A stretch of DNA of 64,000 nt from an uncultured Alphaproteobacteria bacterium (GCA_963754625.1 CAVWGR010000001.1:129513-193512), one strand, 5' to 3'. Positions 28,464-40,172 are shown, counted from the stretch's first letter. The notes: generated by a model from the sequence alone, not told the origin. Numbers and translations are program-made.

Positions 28464-29970
28464 TCAGGGTGACGGCGGCGGCGATGGTGGTGGGGCCATG
28501 CCGGCCATCGCCGAGACGTCAATGCCGTTCACCAGCACCTTCGCGTCGGGTGTCACGTCAATGGCCCATAGCATGGAACCGTCAGCTTCGGCCTTGCCGA
28601 ACCCCTTCAAGGCGACAAGGCCGCCCATGGCCTGCTGGGCGCTGGGGTCTGCTGCGGCGGCGGCCTGAACCTTGGTGATTACCTCATCGAGGCCCTTCAT
28701 GCGGATGTTGGCCTTGCCTGTCGGGAAGCCCGAAAGGTTGATCACGAAGTTCGCGTCATAGGTGATGTTGTAGACCGGTGACCCAATGAGGCCGTTCTGC
28801 AGACTGAACCCGATGGTGTTCTTGGGGGCGAAGGCCGGGAGATAGAGCAGATGCGATTCCGGCGGGATCGGCGGATCCTTGGCAAGGTCGGCCTGGGCGA
28901 TGAACAGCTTCACCGGCGCTTCGAGATCAACTCCGTCCAAGGTGAAATCGAGATTGAGCGACGACGGAATCAAGTCCCTCGGTCCATGGTGGAGCCAGAC
29001 CCGGCGGAACGGTGAGGCCGGAAAATCCGAAAGCCTCGCGCAACTTGCCATCCTTGCTGACGCCATTCATGGTGACGGCGAAGTTTGACTTGGGCAAGGC
29101 GAATTGACCAAAAGCTGTTGCCACCGAAGTCTGTTCCAAGGTGACGGTGCTGTCGACCGATTCCCAAAGGGGCAATGCCGCGAGTACTTTCTCTTTCAAT
29201 TGCGCCTGATCCTTGATGATCAATTCTTTGGCGGGATGGGCCACGAACCATGCCAACAGCTCAAGAATAGCCTTGGACTTCATGCCCTTGGCGGAGGTCA
29301 CATATACCGAGCTGGCGTTGAGCAAGGTGTAGTCGAAGCTCGGTATTCCCTGGGCCGCGACATCAGGCGGCAGTTCCGACTTGGCAGCGCTGGTGACGCC
29401 CATGATATTCATGGTGCTGGTGCCATCAACTGTGCCGTCGGGGCGAGGTGTCGCCGTCGAGTTGCCACTCAGGCTCTCATAGGCAGAGGCGCTCGTGGTC
29501 TTCAGCTTGGTCGTTGGATCAAACATTGTCTGATTCACCGTCAGCCCCTTCAAGGTGTAGGCGCTGGTCAGGAAGCTTGCCGTCGCTTCGTCGAAAACGC
29601 CGGTCCAATCGTAGGAGGCGATTTTGAATTCTGCCGCTGAGATACCTTCGGCATTCCACGACAGGGCGAGGGGGCCAGACTGCGAAACGTCCCATTGGCC
29701 GTTGCCATTGGGGTGAATGGTCAGTGCAACGGGGTCAACCTTGGCCGTGAACGAGGGCGAGGCCGCCTTGGCGATGTAGGGAGCGGCGTCCAGCGTCACC
29801 ACATAGTTGTCGCCCTGGGGCACCACCGTGACCACGCCGGGTTCACTGCCCAGATAGGTTTGCAGGCTGGCCTTGATGCGGTCTGCCTCTTCCTGTGTCG
29901 CCGCAGCAAGTGCGGCACTGCTGGCTGAAACGAGAAGCAGAGTGGCGGCGAATAGGCGGCATTTCAACAT
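28464..29970 (-). CDS. Secreted hypothetical protein (~500 aa), frameshift near 28971
   Basis: Signal peptide MLKCRLFAATLLLVSASSAALA. Two overlapping ORFs join as PPWTEGL-IPSSLNLDF if one base is removed. Confidence 0.65.
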
Positions 29971-30165
29971 GTGCAATTGTCCTGATTTGGCCCTCGCTGC
30001 CAGCAGACCAACTCAGGGGCTTTTCGTCAACGGTGAAAATCTTCAGCCGCGCCATGACGTTAACGATGCCGACAATTCAACAAGCTGACACGGCCCTGCC
30101 ATTGTTCCGCCATCACACGGGATTGTGACTGCTCACCCAGATGCGCTTTCCTGGAGGAACATTTC

Positions 30166-31869
30166 ATGCGCCTTGCCTTGTCCGGATTTTTTCTTGCCAC
30201 CACCTTTCTCGTCCCTGCCTTTGCGGCCGACTTCAACACCACGTCTCGTATTGACCGTGTCACAGTCTATCCGCAGGGGGCCGATGTCACGCGACTGGCA
30301 GAGATAAATGTGCCCGCTGGTGAACACCGCATCATCCTGTCTGATCTTCCGGCCACGGTTGATCCGCGTTCGATCCGGGTGGAAGGGGAGGGAAGTTCAC
30401 CGCTGGAGATTGCATCTGTCGATACCAAAAGCCTCTACATCAATCAGGCAGAGCGTGATGCGCAGCGCAAGCTGATCGAAAAGGAAATTGCCGGACTTTA
30501 TGATGAACGCACGGCGCTCGATCAGGCCATTGCCGATGCCAACCAGCAACGCACCTTTCTTGTTGGCCTTGCCGACAAGCAGATCACACCGCAATCTTCG
30601 ACTGAAACCATGAAGGGCATCGATGTCGTCCAGCTCACCGGCTTGCTTGATCTTGTAAGCACGCGGCTCGCCGCACTTGCCAAGGCCACCCAGACATCGC
30701 AACTGCGCCAACGCGATATCGACGAGAAGGTGAACGAGCTTTCTGCAAAACTCTCTGCGCTCGCTCCTGCCGACAGCTATCGAACGGAAACTACCATTAA
30801 TGTGGCAGCAGCGGCAGAAATGAAAGGTGCACTGCGGGTCAGCTACCGCTTGATGGAAGCGGGCTGGGCACCTTACTACGATGCACGCCTGACCACATCC
30901 GATGCCGGAACGTCCAAACTTGAAATGGTACGGCGCGCGGAAGTCACGCAATACACCTCCGAGAGCTGGGACAATGTCTCGCTCACCTTGTCGACCACAC
31001 GGCCCACCGGCACCACGGCGGCACCAGAGCTCGACGAGGAAGAACTGATGGCGCAGGCTCAGCGTGAAGACATGCTGCGCCGCAAGCAGGCGCTCAACGC
31101 TCCCGCCGCAGAGGCAATGGCGGATGCAGTCCCGTCTTCGAACGACTTGGGTATGATTGCCGGTGGTGCAAAGCTTGAGGAGAAAGACAAGACTGACGTG
31201 ATGAAAAGCGTCGCGCAGCGTCAAGCTGTCATTGAGCTGGCGGGCTTCCAGGCAAACTTCGTCATTCCGGGCCGCGTCGTTGTCGACAATTCCGGTCAGG
31301 CCAAGAAAGTGCGCATTTCAAGCGATGACAATGAGGCCAAGCTGACGGTCGTTGCGGTGCCGCGGATTGATTCCAACGCCTACCTTACAGCCTCGTTCAC
31401 GGTGAAGGGCGAAGGACCGATGTTGCCAGGTTTGGTCAATCTCTACCGTGATGGTGTTTACGTGGGGCAGGGGCAGGTGCCGTTGCTCACGGCGTCGGAA
31501 GAAGCCACGCTGGGCTTCGGCATTGATGACCTCGTCAAGATTGAACGCAAGGAAGTGACCAAGAAAATTGGCGAAGAAGGCATGCTCACGACGTCGAACG
31601 TCGAGGAGCGCGCCTGGGACATCTCGGTCAAGAACCTGCACAAGGGCAAGATGGCGCTGCGCATTCTCGACCGCATGCCCTTCTCGGCCAGCGAAGATAT
31701 TGAAGTCGAAACGCTGGCCGGCATGACGGCCCCAACAGACAAGAACTACAAGAAGCGCCGCGGTGTCATGGCCTGGTCTTTCGATCTTGAAGCGCAAGCG
31801 GAAAACATCATCAAGACGGGCTACCGCATCACCTGGCCGGAAAACATGAAAATCGGGCAAGCGGAATAG
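30166..31869 (+). CDS. DUF4140/DUF4139 (MuiA-like) secreted protein
   Basis: Signal peptide, SRIDRVTVYPQGADVTR, coiled coil, AGWAPYYDARL, AEVTQYTSESW, LGFGIDD. Confidence 0.85.
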   Translation: MRLALSGFFLATTFLVPAFAADFNTTSRIDRVTVYPQGADVTRLAEINVPAGEHRIILSDLPATVDPRSIRVEGEGSSPLEIASVDTKSLYINQAERDAQRKLIEKEIAGLYDERTALDQAIADANQQRTFLVGLADKQITPQSSTETMKGIDVVQLTGLLDLVSTRLAALAKATQTSQLRQRDIDEKVNELSAKLSALAPADSYRTETTINVAAAAEMKGALRVSYRLMEAGWAPYYDARLTTSDAGTSKLEMVRRAEVTQYTSESWDNVSLTLSTTRPTGTTAAPELDEEELMAQAQREDMLRRKQALNAPAAEAMADAVPSSNDLGMIAGGAKLEEKDKTDVMKSVAQRQAVIELAGFQANFVIPGRVVVDNSGQAKKVRISSDDNEAKLTVVAVPRIDSNAYLTASFTVKGEGPMLPGLVNLYRDGVYVGQGQVPLLTASEEATLGFGIDDLVKIERKEVTKKIGEEGMLTTSNVEERAWDISVKNLHKGKMALRILDRMPFSASEDIEVETLAGMTAPTDKNYKKRRGVMAWSFDLEAQAENIIKTGYRITWPENMKIGQAE

Positions 31870-32063
31870 ATTGCGCAACCCATATTTGAATTGACCGCAC
31901 GCCGCCTGCGCACGTGTTGCACAGGCGGCGTTGCTTTGAGTGTTGCGCAACGCCTGAATTGGAGTCAAGCTTGGCGCGTGTGGAGCCGCCGGCGGCGTTG
32001 ACTTCCGCGCCATGCCGCCCTCGGCCCCCTCTGCTGACAACACCAGAATGGGAGGCGTAAGCC

Positions 32064-34130
32064 ATGAATAAATCCATCGAAAATTCAGGCAGACGAGAAC
32101 AGGGCCCGCGATTGATCGCCATCGTGGGGCCCTACCAAAGCGGCAAAACAACACTTCTTGAAGCACTTCTCTACCGAACCGGAACCATCACGCGGCAAGG
32201 CAAGGTTGCTGACAAGTCGTTGGCTGGTGACGCCAGTGCCGAGGCCCGCTCACACGCCATGGGTGTGGAATTGAACGCAGCCGGTGTCAATTTCATGGGC
32301 GACAATTTCACCTTCGTTGATTGCCCCGGCTCAATAGAATTTGCCGAAGAGCAGCGTGCCGCGCTTGTTGCCTGTGATGCTGCAATCGTGGTGTGCGATG
32401 CCGACGCAAAGAAAGCACCGGCGTTGCAATTAATCCTGCGGCAACTTGATGAGATTGGCTTGCCGCGCATCATTTTCCTCAACAAGATTGACCGGGCTGA
32501 AGCGGCGCCGCGCGACGTGCTGGCGTGGATGCAACCTGCAAGCACCAAGCCATTGGTGCTGCGCCAGCTTCCGATCTGGAAAAACAATGTGGTGACGGGC
32601 TACGTCGATCTGGCGCTGGAGCGGGCTTATGTCTACCGCGAGCTCGCAGAAAGCCAGGTTGTCGAGATGACGTCTGATCTTGCGGCGATGGAAAAGCAGG
32701 AGCGCTTCACGCTTCTGGAAAGCCTGGCCGACCACGATGACGAATTGATGGAGCAACTGCTCGCCGACATGGAACCGCCGAAGGATCGCGTGTTTGCCGA
32801 TCTGTCGCGCGATGTGGCGGAGGGGCATGTGACGCCTGTGCTGTTTGGCTCGGCCGAGCACGGCAATGGCGTCGGTCGCCTGCTGAAATCGCTGCGCCAT
32901 GATGTGCGCGGCATTGCAGCAACAGCGGAGCGGCTGGGTGTCAAGGCTGGCAATGGCGCAGTGGCGCAGGTGCTCAAGACGTTTCACACGGCGCAAGGCG
33001 GCAAACTTTCGTTGGTGCGCGTGTTGAAGGGTGAAATTGCCGATGGCACGACGCTCTTTGGCGGCAAGGGCCAGGAGGCGCGAGTTGCTGGTGTGCATGT
33101 TTTTTCCGGCATTACCTATGTAAAGCAGGGCAAGGCCGAGGCCGGGCAGACGGTGGCGCTTGGTCGGCTTGAGGGCATCAGCACGGGAGAAACCATTTCA
33201 TCCAGCAAAGGTGCGGCGGTGCAGCTTGCTCCACATGAGCCGACAACGGGTGTTTACGGCTTTGCCATTTCAGTTGCCGATCGCAAGGACGAGGTAAAAC
33301 TCACCGGAGCTGTGCATCGCCTCATCGAAGAAGATCCTTCGTTGGCCCTGACCCATGATCATGACACGGGCGAAATGGTCCTGTGGGGGCAGGGCGAGAT
33401 GCACTTGCGCGTGGCCATTGAAAGGTTGGCCAGCAAGTTCGGCGTTCATGCCCATGCACGGCCCCGGCGCATTGCCTACAAGGAGACCATCCGCAAGTCG
33501 GTGCAAATCCGCGGGCGGCACAAGAAGCAGTCCGGCGGTCATGGCCAGTACGGTGATGTCGTGGTCGAGATCAAACCATTGGCGCGTGGTGAAGGCTTTG
33601 TCTTCAGTGACACGATCACCGGCGGTGTGGTGCCCAAACAATACATCCCGGCTGTGGAAATGGGCATTCGCGAGTGGATGGGCCGTGGACCGTTGGGCTT
33701 CCCGGTGGTCGACTTCAATGTCAACCTCTCGGAAGGGTCGTATCATGACGTCGACTCCTCGGAAATGGCCTTCAAGATGGCGGCGCGTCTGGCCATGAGC
33801 GAGGGCATGCCGCAATGTTCGCCGGTCCTGCTCGAGCCAGTGCTGGCTGTTGATATTCATTGCCCCAACGAGGCAACGCCGCGCGTCAACCAGATCGTCA
33901 CCGGGCACCGTGGCCAGCTGTTGGGCTTTGACGGCCGCAATGGCTGGGGTGGCTGGGACACCGTCAAAGCAATGATGCCGGAGGCCGAGATCGCCTCGTT
34001 GATCATCGAGTTGCGGTCTGCCACGGCGGGTGTCGGCACTTTCACCACGCGGTTTGACCATATGGCCGAACTCATCGGCCGTGCGGCGGATCAAGTGGTG
34101 GCGGCGGCTGCCGCGGCCAAGGCGGCGTGA
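32064..34130 (+). CDS. Elongation factor G-like protein (EF-G paralogue)
   Basis: GPYQSGKTT, DCPG, NKID, GQGEMHL, YKETI, HKKQSGGHGQY, GSYHDVDSSEMAF, LLEPV. Confidence 0.9.
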   Translation: MNKSIENSGRREQGPRLIAIVGPYQSGKTTLLEALLYRTGTITRQGKVADKSLAGDASAEARSHAMGVELNAAGVNFMGDNFTFVDCPGSIEFAEEQRAALVACDAAIVVCDADAKKAPALQLILRQLDEIGLPRIIFLNKIDRAEAAPRDVLAWMQPASTKPLVLRQLPIWKNNVVTGYVDLALERAYVYRELAESQVVEMTSDLAAMEKQERFTLLESLADHDDELMEQLLADMEPPKDRVFADLSRDVAEGHVTPVLFGSAEHGNGVGRLLKSLRHDVRGIAATAERLGVKAGNGAVAQVLKTFHTAQGGKLSLVRVLKGEIADGTTLFGGKGQEARVAGVHVFSGITYVKQGKAEAGQTVALGRLEGISTGETISSSKGAAVQLAPHEPTTGVYGFAISVADRKDEVKLTGAVHRLIEEDPSLALTHDHDTGEMVLWGQGEMHLRVAIERLASKFGVHAHARPRRIAYKETIRKSVQIRGRHKKQSGGHGQYGDVVVEIKPLARGEGFVFSDTITGGVVPKQYIPAVEMGIREWMGRGPLGFPVVDFNVNLSEGSYHDVDSSEMAFKMAARLAMSEGMPQCSPVLLEPVLAVDIHCPNEATPRVNQIVTGHRGQLLGFDGRNGWGGWDTVKAMMPEAEIASLIIELRSATAGVGTFTTRFDHMAELIGRAADQVVAAAAAAKAA

Positions 34131-34132
34131 GA

Positions 34133-35511
34133 TCAGAGGCGCGTCATTGCCAACTGCGGTGACATCCAGAAAGGTGGCAGCCAGCCCGCGATATTGCTGA
34201 AAGGCAAGATCTCGGGTTTGAGGCTGATGCCGAGTGACCTCGCCATGAAGCTGCGGCGCGCCGTGATGCGGGCCCAGCTTTCTGGATATTGCGCTTGCAT
34301 GGCGTGACGCAGGTCCTCATCCGCAAGGGCGATGCCATCCTCGATATTGGACATGAAGTAATCGGTGCCGGTGGCGGGAATGATGTCGCATTGAATGGCC
34401 ATGCCGGACGCGAACTTCTGGGTGCTGTCGCGCTTCACCGGCGAATGCACCCACTCATCGAGATGGATCAAATGACCGGGGTTGAGCCCGATGCCGAAGA
34501 AGGGATCAGAGAGACGTGACATGACGGCATCGTAGAGTGTGCCGCCTGAAACGCCGATCCCCACCGTGTCATACCAACTTGCGGCGCGCTGAAGTAGGGC
34601 TCCACCAGTTTGTCGACATAGTCGGAAATGGGCTGCGGAAGTTGCGTGGCGTTCTCCACCATGAATCCGGCGCGGCAGTTGAGGGCACCCATCAGGCCAA
34701 AACCGGCAACGATGGGATCACCCAACTCGATCTTGCGGGAAGATGGACTGGGCAGGCCGAACTTGGCGCGCGGTCCGGCGCTCAGGTTGACATGCACAGA
34801 CTGCGGAAAGCCATCGAGCCCCATGGCGCGGACGGCCTGGTATTCGGTCATGCCGGGTTTGGCATTGAGGATGACGCGGCGGATGGCCGAGGAAGAGCGG
34901 GTTGCTGCATACTCAAAGCAGGCGAGTTGCTCCACTTCATTGACACAACGCAGGCCGGTTTCGGGATGCATGAAAAGCCGGGCGGCGTTGATCACATCAC
35001 CGAATTCCTGCAACGCATTTACGAGATAGTGTGGGGCCTCGATCCACTGCGGATCGAATACACCATCATCAGTTTCAAAACCTTTCCATCCCGCAAGGCC
35101 AATTTTCATGCCCTTGCGCAGGCCGGCATCAGTCAGTTCAGCGCGGAGTGGACGCATTTTGTGGCGCGGCTGCCCCATGAGGCTCAGAGGCTGCCAAAGA
35201 ATGCGGTCGAAATCACCATTGGCGCATTCGGTGTAGGAAAATCCCTCATTGCCGGCAAAGAGGACGGGTTTTCGGCCCGGCGTCACCACCAGCAAAGCTT
35301 CCTCGAAGCGCGGATCATAGCCTGTCGCCCAACTGATGTTGGCGACGTGCTCGCGATCACCGTAGATCACCACGGCGTCGAGGCCTTCCTCGGTCATGCG
35401 CGCTTTCAGGCGATGAATTCGGGCGTCATAAACTGAACGCGGCAGCGTCGGCTCCAGCACGGGATCGCCGAAATCGGGCAGGTCGATCGGTGCCAGTCTT
35501 GCCTCAGCCAT
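34133..35511 (-). CDS. M24 (Xaa-Pro aminopeptidase/creatinase)-like protein, frameshift near 34586
   Basis: Creatinase-like N-domain (LDAVVIYGDREH), then GHLIHLDEW and NIEDGIAL. Frames join as YFSAAASWYDTVGIG if one base is added. Confidence 0.65.
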
Positions 35512-35668
35512 GGGTCTTCTCCTGAATTGGCGCCGACATTAACCAGACGTTTACCCTAATGCCAAGTTGATGGGTGGAAAGCGAGTTTGTGGCCGATGCG
35601 GATGGCGTGGTTAAGGCCTTGATGATGGATGTGCCGCAAGACTGATGCATATCTGATAGGGGTAGTCT

Positions 35669-37837
35669 ATGCGCAATCTTGTCGGCTGGCGGTTCATCAT
35701 CGCAATCGCCCTTCCGATTCTTCTGGCTTCAGTGGGCGTACTGTCGCTCACAACGGAACTGTTGAACCAGGTCTCGGACAGCGCTGACCAGGTTGAGCAC
35801 CGCCGCAACCGCGAAATCGTGTTGCAGGTCCTGAAGTCCACCGAGAGCGATCTTGCCCGGCTCGTGCGCCAGAATGCCAATTGGGAAGATGCAACGCGCA
35901 ATCTTTACCCCACTGTGAATGAGGCCTGGATTGCCTCAACATGGGGCAGTGTCAACTCCATCGGCCGGGCCTTTGACCGGGCTGTTGTTGTTGAACGCGA
36001 CAGAGCCCAGCCGGTTGCCACCGCCGGTGTGCCCAGCGACGAACATTTTGATGTCGCTGAGTATCTCGGATCGAGTTATCCCGCCTTATTGAGCCGTTTG
36101 CCATCTTCTGGTGCGGCAGCAGTTGCGACATCATTTGTGCAAACCCCGGATGGCCCCGCAGTCATCGCTATGGCACCTGTTCCGCCGCCCACCACCGCTG
36201 GTATCTCTGCTGATCCGGTGCGCTATCTCATCTTCGTGCGTCAACTCAATGACCAGCTTCTGTCCGGCGTCCAGTCACGATATCTGGTGAAGGCGCTGCA
36301 CGTGGTGCCGGCAGCGGATACACCGGACACTGGTCTCGTGGTGAAGAGCCTTGCAGGCGAAGGCATTTTCGGGCTCGCATGGACCGACAATTCACTGGGC
36401 CGCACCACCACGTCTTTCGCCCGCCAGAAGGCGAGCATCACGCTGAGTTTTCTCATTCTGGTCATGACCGGCATTGCATTTGTGTGCTGGCGGCTGGTCC
36501 AAAGTCTTGCTCAAAACGAAGCCCGGGCCTTGCATCAAGCGTTGCATGATCCACTGACGGAACTGCCCAATCGTGCAGCCATGATCGAAACACTCAAATC
36601 CCTTCGGCAGAGGGGACAGGTCAAGCACGTCATTGCCTATGCTGATCTTGACGGCTTCAAGGAAGTGAACGACAGTTTTGGCCATAATGTGGGTGACAGG
36701 TTCCTGCGCGCCGTGGGTGCAGGTCTGACGCGTCTGGCCAGCAAATCAGCGATGGCCAGCCGCATGGGCGGAGACGAATTCGTCGTGCTGTTCGAAAGTG
36801 AATCTGCTCTCGCAGACGCAGAAGAATTTGCCAACCATCTCCTGCACTTTCTGTCCAAGCCATTTGATATTGACGGCCGCATAGCGTTCGTGGGAGCGAG
36901 CATCGGTATTGCACTATCAGATGCTGGTGATGCCGACGAGCTTGAGATTCTCCGCCGCGCCGACATCGCCATGTACAAGGCGAAAGTCGACGGCAAGAAT
37001 CGCAAGTGCATCTACGACAGCAATTTTGATCTGGAGCGCGCGGAAACGCAAACCATTGCAGCGGAGTTGCGCAGCCTGATCCGCGACCGCCAACTCGACA
37101 TCAATTTCCAACCAGTTGTTTCGACGCGGGACATGCGTGTTTCCGGCGTGGAAGCGCTGGCACGTTGGCCGAATTCTTCAAAGCTGCAGGTGACGACGGA
37201 GCGTTTTATCGCTGTTGCTGAATCGGCTGGCCTCATTGATGATCTGGGAGAACTCATTCTTGACAAGGCCTGTGCAGCGGCCCGCGAGTGGAAAGAGCTT
37301 CGCATTGCCGTCAACATTTCGGCCGTCCAACTCAACAACCCGCGATTTGTGGAGCGGACGATGGCGATCATCGAGTCGTACAACATCGCCACGCACCGTA
37401 TTGAACTTGAAATCACCGAAACGTCTCTGATTCGCGATGCTGACCGGGCCAAGCAGGTTTTCAAGGAACTGCAGCGCTATGGCATCAAGGTGGCGCTGGA
37501 TGATTTTGGTACGGGTTTCTCGTCCATCGGCTATCTGCGCACCTTCAATTTCGACCGCATCAAGATCGACAAGTCGATCATCAGCAAGGTTCTGTCGAAT
37601 CCGGCAGAACTGGCGATCGTGCAGGGAACGCTACTGGTGGCGCGCGGCCTGTCGGCCGACGTGACGGCTGAAGGCGTGGAGCGGCAAGACGAAGTGGCAG
37701 TGCTCAAGCTTGCAGGGTGCACGGAGCTGCAGGGCTATTTCTTCCACAAGCCCATGGAAGCCGCCGGCATTACTGCCATGCTGGATGCCCGCAAGGCACG
37801 GGAACTGGCGAGCCCATTGAACCGTGCATCGGCCTGA
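35669..37837 (+). CDS. Membrane GGDEF-EAL protein with periplasmic (CHASE4-like) sensor
   Basis: Two TM segments, HDPLTELPNR, DLDGFKEVND, RMGGDEF, VEALARW, ELEITET, DDFGTGFSS, AEGVE. Confidence 0.92.
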   Translation: MRNLVGWRFIIAIALPILLASVGVLSLTTELLNQVSDSADQVEHRRNREIVLQVLKSTESDLARLVRQNANWEDATRNLYPTVNEAWIASTWGSVNSIGRAFDRAVVVERDRAQPVATAGVPSDEHFDVAEYLGSSYPALLSRLPSSGAAAVATSFVQTPDGPAVIAMAPVPPPTTAGISADPVRYLIFVRQLNDQLLSGVQSRYLVKALHVVPAADTPDTGLVVKSLAGEGIFGLAWTDNSLGRTTTSFARQKASITLSFLILVMTGIAFVCWRLVQSLAQNEARALHQALHDPLTELPNRAAMIETLKSLRQRGQVKHVIAYADLDGFKEVNDSFGHNVGDRFLRAVGAGLTRLASKSAMASRMGGDEFVVLFESESALADAEEFANHLLHFLSKPFDIDGRIAFVGASIGIALSDAGDADELEILRRADIAMYKAKVDGKNRKCIYDSNFDLERAETQTIAAELRSLIRDRQLDINFQPVVSTRDMRVSGVEALARWPNSSKLQVTTERFIAVAESAGLIDDLGELILDKACAAAREWKELRIAVNISAVQLNNPRFVERTMAIIESYNIATHRIELEITETSLIRDADRAKQVFKELQRYGIKVALDDFGTGFSSIGYLRTFNFDRIKIDKSIISKVLSNPAELAIVQGTLLVARGLSADVTAEGVERQDEVAVLKLAGCTELQGYFFHKPMEAAGITAMLDARKARELASPLNRASA

Positions 37838-37849
37838 TTGAGCCCAGAC

Positions 37850-37877
37850 AAAGAAAAGGCCGGACATGCCGGCCTTT
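37850..37877. terminator. Bidirectional-looking intrinsic terminator
   Basis: AAAGGCCGG-acatg-CCGGCCTTT, with an A-tract on the left that reads as a U-tract on the minus strand. Confidence 0.7.
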
Positions 37878-38086
37878 GATCACATGATCAGTTCGGTCTC
37901 TCGCGGGCGAGAGCCCTGATACGCAGGGGACCGGGCGCGGCAACATGGGGGAAATATGCGGCACCAGTTAACGTCTTTACGATACTGGTCCGGCTGAGCG
38001 CAGCAAGGTGCCCACGATCATGTGTGCCATGCCCGCTGTGCATGCGCAGCTCTCGCGCCGTGTCATTTGCTGGTCTATGGACGGTC

Positions 38087-38686
38087 ATGACCACTGATCA
38101 TTTCATTGCGCTTTTCACTTTTTGCCTTGTGACCTCCATGACACCGGGTCCGAACAACATCATGCTCATGTCATCGGGCATCAATTTTGGTGTACGCCGT
38201 ACCGTGCCCCATGCCGCAGGGATCATGTTGGGCTGGCCCGTCATGGTGCTGCTGGTGGGGTTGGGGCTGGGCCGGGTCTTTGAAACCGTGCCGGTGGCCT
38301 TCACAATTCTCAAAGCAGTAGGTGCTGCCTACATGCTGTGGCTGGCCTGGAAAATTGCCAACGCTGCACCGGCGTCTGGTGATGCACAAACGAAGGGCGA
38401 ACCGATGAGCTTTCTCGGAGCGGCGCTGTTCCAGTGGGTCAACGGCAAGGCGTGGATCATGGCTGTTTCGACAATTGCAGCGTTCACAATAACGTCGAAC
38501 TATGTCTGGAGTGTTGTTGTCGTGGTCGCGGCCTTCTTTCTCACCGGATTGGTGAGCTCCACCAGCTGGACGCTGTTTGGTGCCGTGTTGCGGCGGTTTC
38601 TCGCAGACCCGCGCTATTTCCGTGCCATCAACATTGTGCTGGCTCTCTCGCTCGTGGCGTCACTCTGGCCGATGCTGTCTTATTGA
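38087..38686 (+). CDS. LysE family translocator
   Basis: SMTPGPNNIM, GAAYMLWLAWK, FQWVNGKAW. Confidence 0.9.
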   Translation: MTTDHFIALFTFCLVTSMTPGPNNIMLMSSGINFGVRRTVPHAAGIMLGWPVMVLLVGLGLGRVFETVPVAFTILKAVGAAYMLWLAWKIANAAPASGDAQTKGEPMSFLGAALFQWVNGKAWIMAVSTIAAFTITSNYVWSVVVVVAAFFLTGLVSSTSWTLFGAVLRRFLADPRYFRAINIVLALSLVASLWPMLSY

Positions 38687-39658
38687 GCAGCGATTTCCTC
38701 TGCCTTTTTCACCAGCACTTCCGCTTGGCGGATGGAGGCATAGTCGATCAACCGTCCGTCGAGTGACACTGCTCCCTTGCCTTCGGCCTCGGCCACTTTC
38801 ATTGCGGCGATGATACGCTGCGCTTGGGCCACATCCTTTTCAGACGGACTGAAGACTTCATTGCCAAGGGCAATCTGTGAGGGGTGGATGGCCCACTTGC
38901 CTTCACAACCGAGAACAGCGGCGCGGCGGGCGGCAGAACGATAGCCATCGGCGTCAGAATAATTGCCGAAAGGACCATCGACGGCGCGCAGGCCGTTGGC
39001 GCGGGCAGCTACAACCATGCGTGATATGGCGTAGTGCCACATGTCACCCCAATGAGTGTCGCGGCTGCCGGCCTCGTTGGTGTCTGTCAGCACGGCATAG
39101 TCCGGATTTGCGCCGCCGATGGAGGTGGTGCGGGCGCGCGTTGATGCAGCATAGTCGGCAACACCGAAATGCAGGCTTTCATTGCGCGGCGAGGCGGCGG
39201 CAATCTCATGGATGTTCTGCATGCCGAGCGCCGTCTCGATGATGAGTTCGAAACCGATGCGCTTCTTGCGGCCCTTGGCCGTCTCGATCTGGGTCACCAG
39301 CATGTCGAGGGCGTAGACATCTGCGGCGGTGCCAACCTTGGGGATCATGATGAGGTCGAGGCGGTCGGACGATCTGTTCCAGCACATCCACCACGTCGCG
39401 ATACATGAAATGCGTGTCGAGGCCATTGATGCGCACGGCCAGGGCCTTCTTGCCCCAATCCACATCGCCGATGGCCGCGATGATATTCTTGCGGGCTTGC
39501 GGTTTGTCGTCCGGAGCCACCGCGTCTTCAAGATCAAGGAAGATTACGTCGGCGGCGGATTTGGCGGCCTTTTCGAAAAGCTTGAGATTGGAGCCCGGAA
39601 CAGCGAGTTCGCTGCGGTTCAGGCGGTTGGGGGCGAGGGTGATGGTTTTGAATGACAT
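38680..39658 (-). CDS. mcl: L-malyl-CoA/beta-methylmalyl-CoA lyase (HpcH/CitE family), frameshift near 39372
   Basis: RSELAVPGS, FLDLEDAVAPDDK, RINGLDT, IPKVG, IETALG, FGVADYAAS, GKWAIHPSQI. Closely resembles recalled Methylobacterium Mcl. Confidence 0.85.
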
Positions 39659-39773
39659 GATGGCGCGAGACTAGCAGCTTTCCGCAGGTGCGAAATAGTC
39701 GGAAGGTGCAAGGTCGCTCGCTTGTCAGGGTTGCGTGGGAATGACATCATGACAAGCGGTACTGGAGGTACAC

Positions 39774-40172
39774 ATGTTCAATCGCGTTCTTGTCACCTGC
39801 GTCATCAGTGTTGTGCTGGCCATATCGGCGCTGGCCGACGGCGTCATGTCGCTGGCGGGTTCTGAATGGGGCGAAGGCCAGGATCAGGGGCCGCTTGCCG
39901 TGATGGTGAAGTTTGAACCGGGCAACAAGGTGTGGGGCAGGCTGGGGTGCAACCGCTTCACCGGCACCTACAAGCAGGATGGCTTTGCTCTCAGCTTCGG
40001 CCCGATGGCCAGCACGCGCATGGCCTGCCCGGAAGCCGCAATGAAGACCGAAGCGCGTGTGAGTGCTGCTCTCATGGCTGCCCGCCAGGCGGATATCGGC
40101 CATCTCAAACTGGTGTTGCAAGATGACAAGGGCAAGGAATTGCTCACACTGCAACGCCGGGATTTCGATTGA
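39774..40172 (+). CDS. META/HslJ domain protein
   Basis: Signal peptide, GCNRFTGTY, FGPMASTRMACPE. Confidence 0.9.
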   Translation: MFNRVLVTCVISVVLAISALADGVMSLAGSEWGEGQDQGPLAVMVKFEPGNKVWGRLGCNRFTGTYKQDGFALSFGPMASTRMACPEAAMKTEARVSAALMAARQADIGHLKLVLQDDKGKELLTLQRRDFD

